Part shown: piece after piece, positions 1-9,760 of the stretch
How the letters are laid out: each line of letters opens with the position of its first letter
Position numbering within the stretch: the first letter of the stretch is position 1
Source of the DNA: a virus
Taxonomy: Duplodnaviria; Caudoviricetes
Reading direction: 5' to 3' (one strand)
IMG/VR virus record: IMGVR_UViG_3300048589_000157
Span: 1-43,572 of that record
DNA: 43,572 bases
Made by a program: the position numbers and the translations under genes
Notes under the pieces: generated by a model
Database searches by the model: none
What the model was told of the DNA's origin: nothing
The model's input: the letters and a program-made list of their open reading frames with translations, nothing else

Positions 1-127
1 GATCAAGTACGACAACCGAGGAATCATTTAATGGCTCGCATGACTGACGACGAACTTCTGGCGCTGATCGAAGCGCGAGAAGGGGAGTCGTATGGGTATG
101 GCGACGGCGAGCTATCGGAGAAGCGTG
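1..127. repeat. 127-bp terminal direct repeat (copy 1); contig circularity overlap
   Basis: 1-127 is identical to 43446-43572. It cuts through the TerL end/portal start; 127 is a common assembler k-mer. Confidence 0.95.
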
Positions 128-2136
128 CCGAGGCGATTGCGCGATTCCTGGGCGAACCCTACGGGGACGAGCGCGAAGGCCGCTCGCAAGTGGTCGCAAC
201 GGACTTGCGCGATACGGTGCTGTGGGCCATGCCGCAATTGCTGCGGGTGTTCCTCGGCGGCGATGAACTGGTTCGGTTCGATGCTCGCGGCCCGGAAGAT
301 GAAAAGCAGGCCAAGTTGGAGACGGAATACATCAACTGGCTGGCTCTGGAACGAAACGACGCATTCCAGCACTTTTGCGTCATCGTGCAGGACGCTTTGC
401 TGCTTGGTACGGGCTACGCAAAGGTCTGGTGGGATTCGAGCGAGGACATCCAGACCGAAACCTATTACGGCAAGTCGGACGACGAAATCGGGATGCTGGT
501 AAACGATCCCGATATTGAGGTCGTCGAACACAGCGCCTATCCCGATCCTGCGGGCAGTGGGATGTACATGGACCCGATCGCCGGGCCGGTTCCCTTGCCT
601 GCGCCGACGCTGCACGACGTAAAGGTAAAGCGTCGCTACGCCGAGGAAATGGCGAAGTACGCCGCCGTTCCGCCTGAGGAATTGCTAGTCCACAAGACGG
701 TTAGGACGGGTTCGGTGCAGGATGCCGCGTTCGTCGAGCATCGCCGGATGGTGACGCTCTCCGAGTTGCGGGAGATGGGTTACGACATCGCCGACGACGA
801 TTTCAGCGCCGACGATTGGATCGACAGCGCAGAGGAAGAAGCCCGGAATCGGTACGAGGACGAACACAGCGAGGCGATCGACGCCGACCCGTCCATGCGC
901 CGCGTGCTGTACCGCGAATGCTACCTGCGGGTCGACATCGACCGGGACGGGATCGCGGAACTGCGCAAGGTCTGCATTGCGAATAAGAAGGTTCTGCACA
1001 ACGACGAAGCGGACTGTGTTCCTTTCGCCGCCTTCTCGCCGATCTTGTTCGGGCACCGGCACCACGGGCTGTCGTTTTTCGACTTGCTGGCCGAGATTAC
1101 GGCGATCAAGACGGCTCTCCTTCGTGGGATGTTGGACAGCCAGTACCTTGCGGTGCAACCCCGGACGGCGGTTGATGTCAACCGGGTGAATCTGGACGAC
1201 ATGCTCGTGTCGCGGCCCGGAGGGATCGTTCGGGTGCAGGGCGACCCGGCAACCGCAACGGTGCCGCTGGTTACTCCGGACGTTGGCAAAACAGCGCTGT
1301 CCGGAATCCAGTACGTCGACGCATGGAAGCAGGACGCTTCCGGCATCAACCCGTACTTTCAAGGCGGGGCGATGCTGGACTCGCAGGCGTTGAACAAAAC
1401 CGCCTCGGGTGTCTCGCAACTGATTACCCAGGCGCAAAGCCGGATCGAAGCGGTTGCGCGGTCGCTCTCCGATGGCGTGCGCGACCTGTTCCTGCTGCTG
1501 CACCAGATCACGCTTAAGAACGCGACGAAGGCCGAGAAAGTCCGGCTCAGTAACGAGTGGGTGCCGATTGACCCTCGGGAGTGGGTGCGCCGGTCGAATC
1601 TGAGCGTGCAAGTCGCTTTGGGCGCTGGCTCGAAAGAGATGCAGACGCAGCAGCTACAGCAGTTGATGGCGATGCAGATGCAGTTGCTGCCGGTGGGCAT
1701 GGTCAAGCCGGAAAACCTCTACAACACAGCATCCCGCTTAACGCAGGCAATGGGCTTTCGCTCGCCCGAGGAATTCTGGACCGACCCGAGCAAGCAACCG
1801 CCGCAGCCGCCTCCGCCGAATCCGCAGATCGAAGCGGAGAAGATCAAGGCGCAGGCTCAGATGCAGGTCAAGCAGATCGAGATGCAGGCGCAAGCCTCGG
1901 ACGATCAGCGCCAATTCCAGATCGAGCAGCAGCGTTTGCAAGCCGAGATGCAGGCCGAGCAGTTCAAGGCGCAATTGCAGGCCGAAATCCAGCGATACAA
2001 AGCCGAGTTGGACGCGCAACTAGAGCGCGAAAAGTCGGAGATGCAGCGGCAGACGCAGTTGCAGATCGCGCGGATGAATGCGTACACGCAGCGGCAGTCG
2101 AACATGGGCGGCGCGAAGGTGAAGCGTGGACACTAA
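31..2136 (+). CDS. Portal protein (podovirus/P22-like)
   Basis: 701 aa directly after TerL on the circle; portal-like motifs (FDARGPEDE, DALLLGTGYAKVWW, SRPGGIVRV) and a Gln-rich coiled-coil C-terminus. Confidence 0.9.
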   Translation: MARMTDDELLALIEAREGESYGYGDGELSEKRAEAIARFLGEPYGDEREGRSQVVATDLRDTVLWAMPQLLRVFLGGDELVRFDARGPEDEKQAKLETEYINWLALERNDAFQHFCVIVQDALLLGTGYAKVWWDSSEDIQTETYYGKSDDEIGMLVNDPDIEVVEHSAYPDPAGSGMYMDPIAGPVPLPAPTLHDVKVKRRYAEEMAKYAAVPPEELLVHKTVRTGSVQDAAFVEHRRMVTLSELREMGYDIADDDFSADDWIDSAEEEARNRYEDEHSEAIDADPSMRRVLYRECYLRVDIDRDGIAELRKVCIANKKVLHNDEADCVPFAAFSPILFGHRHHGLSFFDLLAEITAIKTALLRGMLDSQYLAVQPRTAVDVNRVNLDDMLVSRPGGIVRVQGDPATATVPLVTPDVGKTALSGIQYVDAWKQDASGINPYFQGGAMLDSQALNKTASGVSQLITQAQSRIEAVARSLSDGVRDLFLLLHQITLKNATKAEKVRLSNEWVPIDPREWVRRSNLSVQVALGAGSKEMQTQQLQQLMAMQMQLLPVGMVKPENLYNTASRLTQAMGFRSPEEFWTDPSKQPPQPPPPNPQIEAEKIKAQAQMQVKQIEMQAQASDDQRQFQIEQQRLQAEMQAEQFKAQLQAEIQRYKAELDAQLEREKSEMQRQTQLQIARMNAYTQRQSNMGGAKVKRGH

Positions 2137-2365
2137 CCAGCCCATCGTCGGGGAGATGGATTTCTCCGAGCCGATTGCCGGCGAGTTGGACGGCGAGATG
2201 GTAGACGCCGCGCAGGCAATCATGGATGGCATTACGACGCTGATTACGTTGCAGCAGCAGCAGATTCAGTTGTTGGCTGTTCTGGCGCAGCAAATGACGA
2301 GGCCAAAGCGGATCGTGCGTGATTCGTCCGGTCGTGCTTTGGGTGTTGAAACTGTAGAGGGCTAG
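2126..2365 (+). CDS. Small protein resembling a detached portal C-terminal tail
   Basis: GTG start with AGGTGA SD-like sequence upstream; overlaps portal by 11 nt; ends RPKRIVRDSSGRALGVE. Confidence 0.6.
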   Translation: MDTNQPIVGEMDFSEPIAGELDGEMVDAAQAIMDGITTLITLQQQQIQLLAVLAQQMTRPKRIVRDSSGRALGVETVEG

Positions 2366-2367
2366 AC

Positions 2368-2748
2368 ATGGCTGTTACTTACTCGACCGCGTGCAAAACG
2401 GCGCGCATGGAAGCTGTTGTTGCGCAGATCGACGCCGGGGCCGGCACGTCGACTATCGAGATCGGCACGGCCGGCATGGCGAGCGTGCTTGCGGTGTTCG
2501 ATCTGCCGGACCCATGCGGCACCGTGACGAACGGCGTTCTGACGTTCGACATGGACCCGGACCTGACAGACTCGTCGGCGAACAATGACGGCACGGCCGC
2601 CGCAGCGCAGATCAAGAACGGCGACGGTACGGCGGTAATCACGGGCCTGACCGTCGGCACGAGCGGTGCAGATATCAACTTGGACTCGGTGTCTATCACG
2701 ACCGGCCAGACGGTGACGCTGACCACCGGCACGATTACGCACGCGTGA
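2368..2748 (+). CDS. Small beta-rich virion (head decoration/fibre-associated) protein
   Basis: 126 aa, Thr/Gly-rich, GTVGTSGADINLDSVSITTGQTV-type motif, located in head module. Confidence 0.7.
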   Translation: MAVTYSTACKTARMEAVVAQIDAGAGTSTIEIGTAGMASVLAVFDLPDPCGTVTNGVLTFDMDPDLTDSSANNDGTAAAAQIKNGDGTAVITGLTVGTSGADINLDSVSITTGQTVTLTTGTITHA

Positions 2749-2888
2749 AGTTCACCCGCAAGAGCTACGGTCGCCTGCTGCGGGCCGACACTGACGATCA
2801 CCTTCCAGTGACTCGCCTGACGCGGTGATCTGACATGGCAGTTCGCGCCGCAGCCGGCACCGGCTATCTCATGGCCGTGAGGTAGCGC

Positions 2889-5276
2889 ATGGCAGTTCGT
2901 TTCGAGGCTGGAGCATCCGCGCCAACCGTCGGTCGCTTGCAACGCACGCCCGCGTTCACCGGGACGCCGTACACGGTCGTTGCGTGGTTCCGCTTCGACG
3001 ACGATAGCGTGGGGTCGACGGAGGCGTTCGATTTCTACAGCACCGATTTCTCGGTCGATGACTGGCTAGAACTGCGCGCGCCCAACCTTTTGCGCGTTGG
3101 CACCTACGACTCCGCTGTCGATAGCGCCAGCGACGCATGGCAGGACGCGACGTGGCACTGCATGGCGATGACGCGCTCTGCGACCACGCAGACCGGCCAT
3201 GTACTCGATCGAGGGGTGGTGCTCAGTCGATCGACTACGTATTCGGCTGCTTTCCAAGTCGAAGCCCTGCTCGGCTACGACGGCGACGGCAGCGCAGCCG
3301 GCCGCGCGGTCACGCATTACAAGTGCTGGACCGCCGCTCTGACGCATGAAGAGCTTGCGCGCGAAATGCAGCAGTTCGCGCCCGTTCGTACGGCGGACTT
3401 GGTTGCCTATGCGAAGCTCGAAGCGCACACCGATCTGTCGGACGAGATTGCCGGATCGTTTTCCGCTGTCAACGCCACGCCATCGACGGTCGCCGGTCCG
3501 AGCGGTGTCCAGGACGAGTGGACTGGCCCGCGCGTAGCCAGCAGCGCAACAACAGTCGGCACGACGAGTGCCGGTGGACTGTCGATCAACCTGCCGAGCG
3601 GTGTCGCGGCAGGCGATCTGCTCATGGCGTTCGCGGCGAACGACACGAGCGTCTCCTGGTCGGCTGGTGGCGACTGGTCACTTATTGATAACGGTGCGAA
3701 TGGCACCGCTGTGCAGGGTGCCTGCTGGGCGAAGATCGCCGCAGGCAGCGACACGCTGACGATCACGGGCGAGGCGAACGATATCGCTGTCGTCACGATC
3801 CGTATCCCCGCCGCGCAGCACGGCGTGACCGATGTCACGACGATCACGAAAGGCACGGCGGCAACCGGATCGAGCAAAGCGCCGGATGGTCCGAACTGCA
3901 ACCCCGGAACGAGCGGCAAGTACCTCTGGCTGACGTACTTCGCCAGCGACGACGACGACAACACTACTTACTGGTGGCCGGTCGAGGCGGCACCGATCAG
4001 TCAGACTAAATCGGCGACCGGCACGTCGTCGTGCATGGTCGGTGTGGCGTACAGATGGTTGGAGGCGTCGAGCTACAACCCGTCTACGTTCCTGCTGGCC
4101 GCGTCCGAGGAATGGCGTGCGCAGACGTTTGCGATTCCGGCGGCGGCGAGTGGTTCTACCGGCACGCTGGCTGCTACCGAGAGTGGGTCGGATACCGCCG
4201 CGCTAGTCGGCGATGTTCTAGTCGAAGGATCGCTGGCCGCGACGGAAAGCGGCAGTGACGTAGCTGCGCTCATTGGTGTCGCGCTGGTCAGTGGCACGCT
4301 GGCGGCGACTGAAACGGGCGACGACGCAGCCGTCATTGCGGGCAGTGTCTTAGCGCAGGGAACGCTAGCCGCTACCGAGTCGGGCAGCGATGCAGCGGCG
4401 ATTGAAGGCGTCACGGTCAACGTGGCGACTGGTTCTCTGGCTGCTACTGAGAGCGGCTCTGATACCGCAGAGATTGTCGGTGCAACGCTAGCGCAAGGGA
4501 CGTTAGCGGCTACAGAGAGCGGTGCTGATGCGGCGGCTATAACGGGTCTAGCGCTTGTCTCCGGGACGCTTGATGCGACCGAAGCAGGAAGCGACACGGC
4601 GGTTATTGCTGCCGTCGTGCTGGTTCAGGGATCGCTGGATGCGACGGAATCGGGCAGCGACATTGCTGCTATCGAGGGCAGCCTAGCGGTTATTTCCACT
4701 GGCTCACTCGCCGCGACGGAAAGTGGCAGCGATACGGCGACGTTTGCCGGGGTTGCGCCTGTATCCGGTGCGCTGGCCGCTACTGAGGCCGCTAATGACT
4801 CCGCAGCGGTGTCCGGCGTTGTGCTGGTCACTGGCGCGCTGGACGCGACGGAGACGGGCAGTGATACAGCGGCGTTTGCAAGCTCGACGCCTGTTACCAC
4901 TGCATATCCTGGTCCGGCGGGCCGGGCCACGAAAGGCGAGCGCCGCCGGGTCGTTATCCGCGAGCGGGTCTATGAGGTCAATGAGCGTGACCTACCTGCG
5001 CTTCTCGAAGCGGAATTGCTGGATCGGGCGCCTCCGGTTACGGCAGAGGTTGTAGAAGGACCGAAACCGCCCCGGAAACGGGCCAGAAAACGGGCCAGAA
5101 AGGCGCCGCAGCCGGTCAAGACGGTCGCCGAGGTACGGGAGACCGTACAGCAGATCAAGCGTCGCATAGAGCATGACGACGCGTGGCTGGCGCAGGCACT
5201 AGAGACGGTCGCTCAGAGGGTACTGGAGCGCCTACAAGACGAGGAAGATTCGATCATGTTGTTGCTTGCCGCATGA
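2889..5276 (+). CDS. Modular head fibre/adhesin: LamG/ConA-like N-terminus, second beta domain, 11 Ser/Thr-rich repeats, basic/acidic C-terminal region
   Basis: YTVVAWFR...WHCMAMTR...WTAALTHEEL resembles LamG; repeats G(T/S)LAATESGSD; ends EEDSIMLLLAA. Confidence 0.7.
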   Translation: MAVRFEAGASAPTVGRLQRTPAFTGTPYTVVAWFRFDDDSVGSTEAFDFYSTDFSVDDWLELRAPNLLRVGTYDSAVDSASDAWQDATWHCMAMTRSATTQTGHVLDRGVVLSRSTTYSAAFQVEALLGYDGDGSAAGRAVTHYKCWTAALTHEELAREMQQFAPVRTADLVAYAKLEAHTDLSDEIAGSFSAVNATPSTVAGPSGVQDEWTGPRVASSATTVGTTSAGGLSINLPSGVAAGDLLMAFAANDTSVSWSAGGDWSLIDNGANGTAVQGACWAKIAAGSDTLTITGEANDIAVVTIRIPAAQHGVTDVTTITKGTAATGSSKAPDGPNCNPGTSGKYLWLTYFASDDDDNTTYWWPVEAAPISQTKSATGTSSCMVGVAYRWLEASSYNPSTFLLAASEEWRAQTFAIPAAASGSTGTLAATESGSDTAALVGDVLVEGSLAATESGSDVAALIGVALVSGTLAATETGDDAAVIAGSVLAQGTLAATESGSDAAAIEGVTVNVATGSLAATESGSDTAEIVGATLAQGTLAATESGADAAAITGLALVSGTLDATEAGSDTAVIAAVVLVQGSLDATESGSDIAAIEGSLAVISTGSLAATESGSDTATFAGVAPVSGALAATEAANDSAAVSGVVLVTGALDATETGSDTAAFASSTPVTTAYPGPAGRATKGERRRVVIRERVYEVNERDLPALLEAELLDRAPPVTAEVVEGPKPPRKRARKRARKAPQPVKTVAEVRETVQQIKRRIEHDDAWLAQALETVAQRVLERLQDEEDSIMLLLAA
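4161..4880 (+). repeat. 11 tandem 22-24 aa repeats, consensus G(T/S)L(A/D)ATE(S/T/A)GSDxA
   Basis: Counted directly in the translation of 2889-5276. Confidence 0.9.
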
Positions 5277-5542
5277 CACCCGAAGAAATCATCGAACACG
5301 CCCGCCTGGTGCGGGTGTTTCTCGAATCGGACGAATTCAAGGCTGCATGGGAATCGGTCGAAGGCGCCTTGCTGCGTGAGTTCCGGGAAGCGTCGGAACC
5401 CGAGCAGGCCCTAGCGGTTCACGAGCAGATGAAGGCCATGCAAAGGCTGATGTTCCGTTGGCAGTCTACGCAGACGGATGCCGCCATTGCGAGGAAGGAG
5501 CGAGAGGACCGCGACCGACCAAGACGCGGAATCTTTCGTTGA
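5273..5542 (+). CDS. Hypothetical head-module protein
   Basis: ATG at 5273 overlaps upstream stop (ATGA); helical 89-aa protein preceding scaffold. Confidence 0.7.
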   Translation: MTPEEIIEHARLVRVFLESDEFKAAWESVEGALLREFREASEPEQALAVHEQMKAMQRLMFRWQSTQTDAAIARKEREDRDRPRRGIFR

Positions 5543-5544
5543 CG

Positions 5545-5570
5545 CGCCGCCACCGAGCGGCGTTTTTTTT
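5545..5570 (+). terminator. Rho-independent terminator
   Basis: CGCCGC-caccga-GCGGCG followed by T8. Confidence 0.8.
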
Positions 5571-5580
5571 GAGGTAATCC

Positions 5581-6534
5581 ATGCCTGATGAACAATCGCC
5601 AGCGAGCGAAACCGACATCGTTTCTCGTCTAATGGAGTTGGAGCAGGACGAGGAACAACCGCAAGACGACGAACCTGCGCCGCAGGAAGAAGTCGAGGAC
5701 ACCGAGCCTGTTGCGGAAGAGGCCGACGAGGAACCCGAGGCGGAAGAAGAAGCCGAGGAAGAACCGGAAGCCGATGAGTTTGAATTGCACTACAACGGCA
5801 CGACCGAACGGGTGCCGAAGGATCGTGCGAAGGCACTTGCCCAACAAGGGCTGTACTACGAGCGCAATCAGGCGCAAGTCGATCAGCACTGGAAACAGGC
5901 GCAAGAGGCGCAGCAGTTCGTTACGCAGCAATTGCAGGCAGTTCCCGAGTTGCAGGAAGCCGCCGCGCTGGTATCCATGTACCAGAAAGCGGTCGAATCC
6001 ATCGACATCGCGGACATGCAAAAGCTGGCGACGGAAGATCCGGCGCAATACCTTGCCAAGCTCGCCGAGTACAACACGCTCAACCGGCGTTTGACCGAGG
6101 CGCAAGCGAAGCACCAGGCAGCCGCGCAGCAATTCGCTCAGTCGCAGCAGCAGTTCCAGTCCGAGGCGTTGAAACGTGAGCGCGAAGCTCTGTTCAAGGC
6201 CATCCCGGATTGGCGTGACGATTCCAAGTTCAAGCAAGCCCGAGGCCGAATCCTCTCCTACATGGCAGAGCGCGGTTTCAGCGAGCAGGAAGTGGGGTCG
6301 CTGATGGATCACAGGGCGTTGCTCGTGGCGTATGACGCGGCGCGTTTTCGTGAGAGTCAAAAGGCGTTGAAGGCATCGGCGAAGTCCCTCGGCACGAAGC
6401 CGAAGGTGGCGAAACCGGGTGCTAGCACTACGCCGGCTCAAGCGAATGACGAGCAGACGAAACAGCTACGGCAGCAATTGAAGAAAACCGGAAAGATCGA
6501 CGACGCGGCTCGACTGTTCGAGCGATTCGTCTAA
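5581..6534 (+). CDS. Capsid scaffolding protein
   Basis: Very acidic N-terminus, coiled coil, basic C-terminus (LKKTGKIDDAARLF); immediately upstream of MCP; GAGG SD. Confidence 0.85.
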   Translation: MPDEQSPASETDIVSRLMELEQDEEQPQDDEPAPQEEVEDTEPVAEEADEEPEAEEEAEEEPEADEFELHYNGTTERVPKDRAKALAQQGLYYERNQAQVDQHWKQAQEAQQFVTQQLQAVPELQEAAALVSMYQKAVESIDIADMQKLATEDPAQYLAKLAEYNTLNRRLTEAQAKHQAAAQQFAQSQQQFQSEALKREREALFKAIPDWRDDSKFKQARGRILSYMAERGFSEQEVGSLMDHRALLVAYDAARFRESQKALKASAKSLGTKPKVAKPGASTTPAQANDEQTKQLRQQLKKTGKIDDAARLFERFV

Positions 6535-6544
6535 GGAGTTTGAA

Positions 6545-7516
6545 ATGGCAATCGCCAAGAACCACACCTACACTGGCAACAAGATCAAAGAGGACTTCCA
6601 CGATGTCATCTACGACATCAGTCCGACCGATACGCCCCTTCTCACGATGGCCAAGCGGCTGAAGGCCAAGAACACGCTGCACCAGTGGACCTACGATGCG
6701 CTGGCGGCGCCGGCCGCGAACGCCAACCTGGAAGGTAACGACTTCTCGGTTACGGCGCGTGCGCAGCCGACGACCCTCGGCAACTACTGCCAGATCCTCG
6801 TCAAGACGGCGAGTGTGTCGGGCACCTTCGAGGCGGTCGACAAAGTGGGTCGTAAGTCGGAGATGGCCCGCCAAGTCGCGCGCATGTCGAAGGAGATCAA
6901 GCGCGATCTGGAATACGCGCTCGTTCGCAACCAGGCGTCGGAGAACGGCAGCGCCGCTACCGCGCGCACGATGGCTTCGCTGGAGTCGTGGATCGCCTCG
7001 GCGACGACCGGCAACGGTGTCATGGCGACGAGTTCGAGCGGCGGCACGACGGCCGGTTACGCTGGCGGCACGGTTGCGGCTCCGGCCGCGACGGTTACGG
7101 CCAAAGCATTCGGTGAAGCCAACCTGAAAACCGCGCTCGGGTATGCGTGGGCGGATGGTGGCGATCCGAGCGTCATCATGATGTCGTCGAAGAACAAGGA
7201 GAAGTTCTCCGGGTTCACGGGCATCGCAACGCGCTTCAACGATGTCCGGGGTGCGACCGAGGCGAACATCATCAGCGCGGCCGACATCTACGTGTCGGAC
7301 TACGGGGTCCACAAGGCCGTCATGAACCGCTACATGCGCGACGAGGCGGTTCTGTGTATCGACCCGGAGTACGTCGGGGTTGCGTTCCTTCGCGGGTTCC
7401 AGACGAAGGACATCCCGGCGGCGCGTGACGGCACCGAGAAGGCGATTCTGTGCGAGGCGACGCTGGTCGTGCAGAACCCGAACGCGCACGCCAAGGTCTA
7501 CAACACCGGCGGCTGA
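6545..7516 (+). CDS. Major capsid protein (SU10/DUF5309-like HK97 fold)
   Basis: EDFHDVIYDISPTDTP, HQWTYDAL, NYCQILVKT, KEIKRDLE, YVSDYG motifs; TAAGGAG SD; followed by terminator. Confidence 0.9.
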   Translation: MAIAKNHTYTGNKIKEDFHDVIYDISPTDTPLLTMAKRLKAKNTLHQWTYDALAAPAANANLEGNDFSVTARAQPTTLGNYCQILVKTASVSGTFEAVDKVGRKSEMARQVARMSKEIKRDLEYALVRNQASENGSAATARTMASLESWIASATTGNGVMATSSSGGTTAGYAGGTVAAPAATVTAKAFGEANLKTALGYAWADGGDPSVIMMSSKNKEKFSGFTGIATRFNDVRGATEANIISAADIYVSDYGVHKAVMNRYMRDEAVLCIDPEYVGVAFLRGFQTKDIPAARDGTEKAILCEATLVVQNPNAHAKVYNTGG

Positions 7517-7536
7517 TTCGTTCGTCAACCCAACGG

Positions 7537-7564
7537 ACGGGCGGGGGAAACCTCGCCCGTTTTT
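7537..7564 (+). terminator. Rho-independent terminator after MCP
   Basis: ACGGGCGGGG-gaaa-CCTCGCCCGT then T run. Confidence 0.8.
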
Positions 7565-7567
7565 CGT

Positions 7568-7903
7568 TTGAAGACCGTTCTCGACCAAGACCCCCTCACC
7601 GGCATTACCGAGTGGTTCAACTATGACCCGGTAGCCGATGAGGTCACGGTGTACTCGGAACAGCGAGACGCCGAGATCAAGCAGTTTCTGGACTACACGC
7701 AGGCGATCCGCAACGAGCCGGAGATCAGCCGCGATGGCATCAAGGGTTCGTTCTGGCGATACGCGAGCCTGCCGCCGATCGTGCAGGTTGAGTTGCGCAA
7801 CAAGGGCATCGACATCTTCAACCCCTCGCACACGAAGGCGCTCCTGAAAGAGATCAACGAGCATTACCCGCATACGAAGCTCACGGACAAGATGCACCGA
7901 TGA
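7568..7903 (+). CDS. Hypothetical protein following MCP
   Basis: 111-aa ORF with TTG start, coupled to the next gene (ATGA). Confidence 0.65.
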   Translation: MKTVLDQDPLTGITEWFNYDPVADEVTVYSEQRDAEIKQFLDYTQAIRNEPEISRDGIKGSFWRYASLPPIVQVELRNKGIDIFNPSHTKALLKEINEHYPHTKLTDKMHR

Positions 7904-9249
7904 GGGAGATGCCCATAGCCGAGCAGGGCGCGATCCTCGTCGATGCTCGGCGTCTTGCCGAAGCCGGGGATTACGAGAGTGCCTCGCGGGTCGCCTATCA
8001 AGTGCTAGAGCGGGCGCCGAACAGTGCTTTAGCTCTGCATATGCTCGGCTACATCTACCTGCAAGTCGACAAGCAGGTACTGGCGTACCAGTTCTATCGC
8101 AGGGCGTTGCAGATCGAGCAGCGCCACGCGGAGATCTGGAACAACTTCGGTCGGGCTGCGGATGAACTGCACCTGTACCACGAGTCGGAAGCCTCGTTTC
8201 GGCGGGCGCTGTCGCTTAAGCCGGACTACGCCGGGGCATGGGCGAACCTCGCGGTAAGCCTCATCAATCAGGCGCGTTACGACGAGGCGCTAGAGGCCGC
8301 AGAACAGTCGGTATCGCTCGATCCCGATGCGCCGGCAGGTTGGATCAACGTCGGCTTTGCGTCGCTCGCTAAGGGCGATTGGGGCCGGGGGTGGGATGGG
8401 TATCACAAGGCACTCGGCGGGAAGTTTCGCCAGCCGGTGGCCTATGGCGATGAACCCGAGTGGGACGGCAGCCCGGTTGATTGTCTGGTGGTCACGGGCG
8501 AGCAGGGGCTGGGCGACGAGATTTGCTACTCGCGAATGCTGTTGGATGCAGCGAAGGACTGCAAGACGGTCGTATTCGATTGCGACGCGAGGCTTGAAGG
8601 ACTGTTCCGGCGGTCGTTCCCTGGCATAAAGGTGTTCGGCACACGCAAGTCGGAAGAAGTGGCGTGGCTGGCCGATTACAGGCCGGATGCGCACGTCGCT
8701 CTCGCAGACCTCGGACGGTTCTACCGGAGAAGTGACGAGTCGTTTCCTCGCGATGCGTACCTGAAGGCCGATCCCGAGCGCATCGCGCAGTGGAAGGCGA
8801 TCCTGAAGGGCAAGACGATCGGCCTTGCGTGGTCTGGCGGCACGTTCCTCACGCAATCGGGCCTGCGGCAGGCGGGCATCGAAGGATTCCGGCCGCTGAT
8901 CGAGTCTGTCGACGCTACGTTCGTATCGTTGGAATACCGCGACTGCGCCGACGAAATCGAGAAGTCTGGCTTGCCGGTTCGCTGGTTCGAGCGGGCGACG
9001 ATGGCGCGCGATTACGACGAGACGGCAGGGCTGATTGGTGCGCTAGACATGGTGATCGGCGTGCCGACCACGGCGTTGCACATGGCGGCGTCTTTGGGCG
9101 TGCAGACGTGGTGCCTCGCGCCGGAGCCGGTGCAGTGGATGTTCAACCGCGACGACTTCCCTTGGTACGGATGCCTGCAAATCTTCCGCAAGCGTTCTGA
9201 TGAGAGTTGGAGCGAAGCGGTAAAGCGGTTCACGGCCACGTATGCGTGA
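7900..9249 (+). CDS. TPR + GT-B (GT9-like) glycosyltransferase, FlmG/FlbA-like architecture
   Basis: N-terminal TPRs (EIWNNFGRA, GAWANLAVSL); WDG...EQGLGDE, IGLAWSGG, ETAGLIGALDMVI...ALHMAASLG, PWY motifs. Confidence 0.85.
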   Translation: MREMPIAEQGAILVDARRLAEAGDYESASRVAYQVLERAPNSALALHMLGYIYLQVDKQVLAYQFYRRALQIEQRHAEIWNNFGRAADELHLYHESEASFRRALSLKPDYAGAWANLAVSLINQARYDEALEAAEQSVSLDPDAPAGWINVGFASLAKGDWGRGWDGYHKALGGKFRQPVAYGDEPEWDGSPVDCLVVTGEQGLGDEICYSRMLLDAAKDCKTVVFDCDARLEGLFRRSFPGIKVFGTRKSEEVAWLADYRPDAHVALADLGRFYRRSDESFPRDAYLKADPERIAQWKAILKGKTIGLAWSGGTFLTQSGLRQAGIEGFRPLIESVDATFVSLEYRDCADEIEKSGLPVRWFERATMARDYDETAGLIGALDMVIGVPTTALHMAASLGVQTWCLAPEPVQWMFNRDDFPWYGCLQIFRKRSDESWSEAVKRFTATYA

Positions 9250-9760
9250 TTTCTGGACGAACAACGCCACGCTGCGCGACATAACGCCGGGCGGCGTGCG
9301 GTTCCCGGAAGTGGGTCTGTTCGAGGCATTGCGGGTCGCCTGTACGGGTGTGGTGTTCGAGTTCGGTTGTGGTGACGGCAGGTTGGCGCCGGCGTTCGAC
9401 CCGATGGATTACGTCGGGTACGACATCAACCCTCACGCGCTGAAAGCCGCGCGTCTGGCGAACCCGGCGCATCGGTATACGACCGAGTGGGAGCCTGCCG
9501 ACACATGGTTGGCACACACGGTTCTGTTGCATGTGCCCGATGACGAGATTACGGAGTTGATCGGCCGGGCGAAGGGCTACCGACGAATCGTGATTAGCGA
9601 AATCATGGGCCGCAAGTGGCGCAGGTCCGGCGATCCGCCGGTATTCAACCGGGAGGCGGACGAGTACGCGCAGATGGTCGGGAGTCGGCCGACTGTCATT
9701 GCGGTGCCCTACCCACGGTACGGCTGCTGTCTGCACATGCTGGTGTTCGATGGGCGATGA
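9242..9760 (+). CDS. Class I SAM-dependent methyltransferase
   Basis: Motif I FEFGCGDG, YVGYDIN, TVLLHVPD. Confidence 0.8.
   Translation: MRDFWTNNATLRDITPGGVRFPEVGLFEALRVACTGVVFEFGCGDGRLAPAFDPMDYVGYDINPHALKAARLANPAHRYTTEWEPADTWLAHTVLLHVPDDEITELIGRAKGYRRIVISEIMGRKWRRSGDPPVFNREADEYAQMVGSRPTVIAVPYPRYGCCLHMLVFDGR

Noticed and set aside
5076-5101. 12-bp tandem duplication AAACGGGCCAGA
   Set aside because: Simple in-frame duplication in a basic low-complexity linker (RKRARKRARK).
6428-7897. Long antisense ORFs (e.g. 489 aa opposite the MCP, 408 aa opposite the helicase)
   Set aside because: Shadow ORFs expected in high-GC coding DNA; no motifs or SD.
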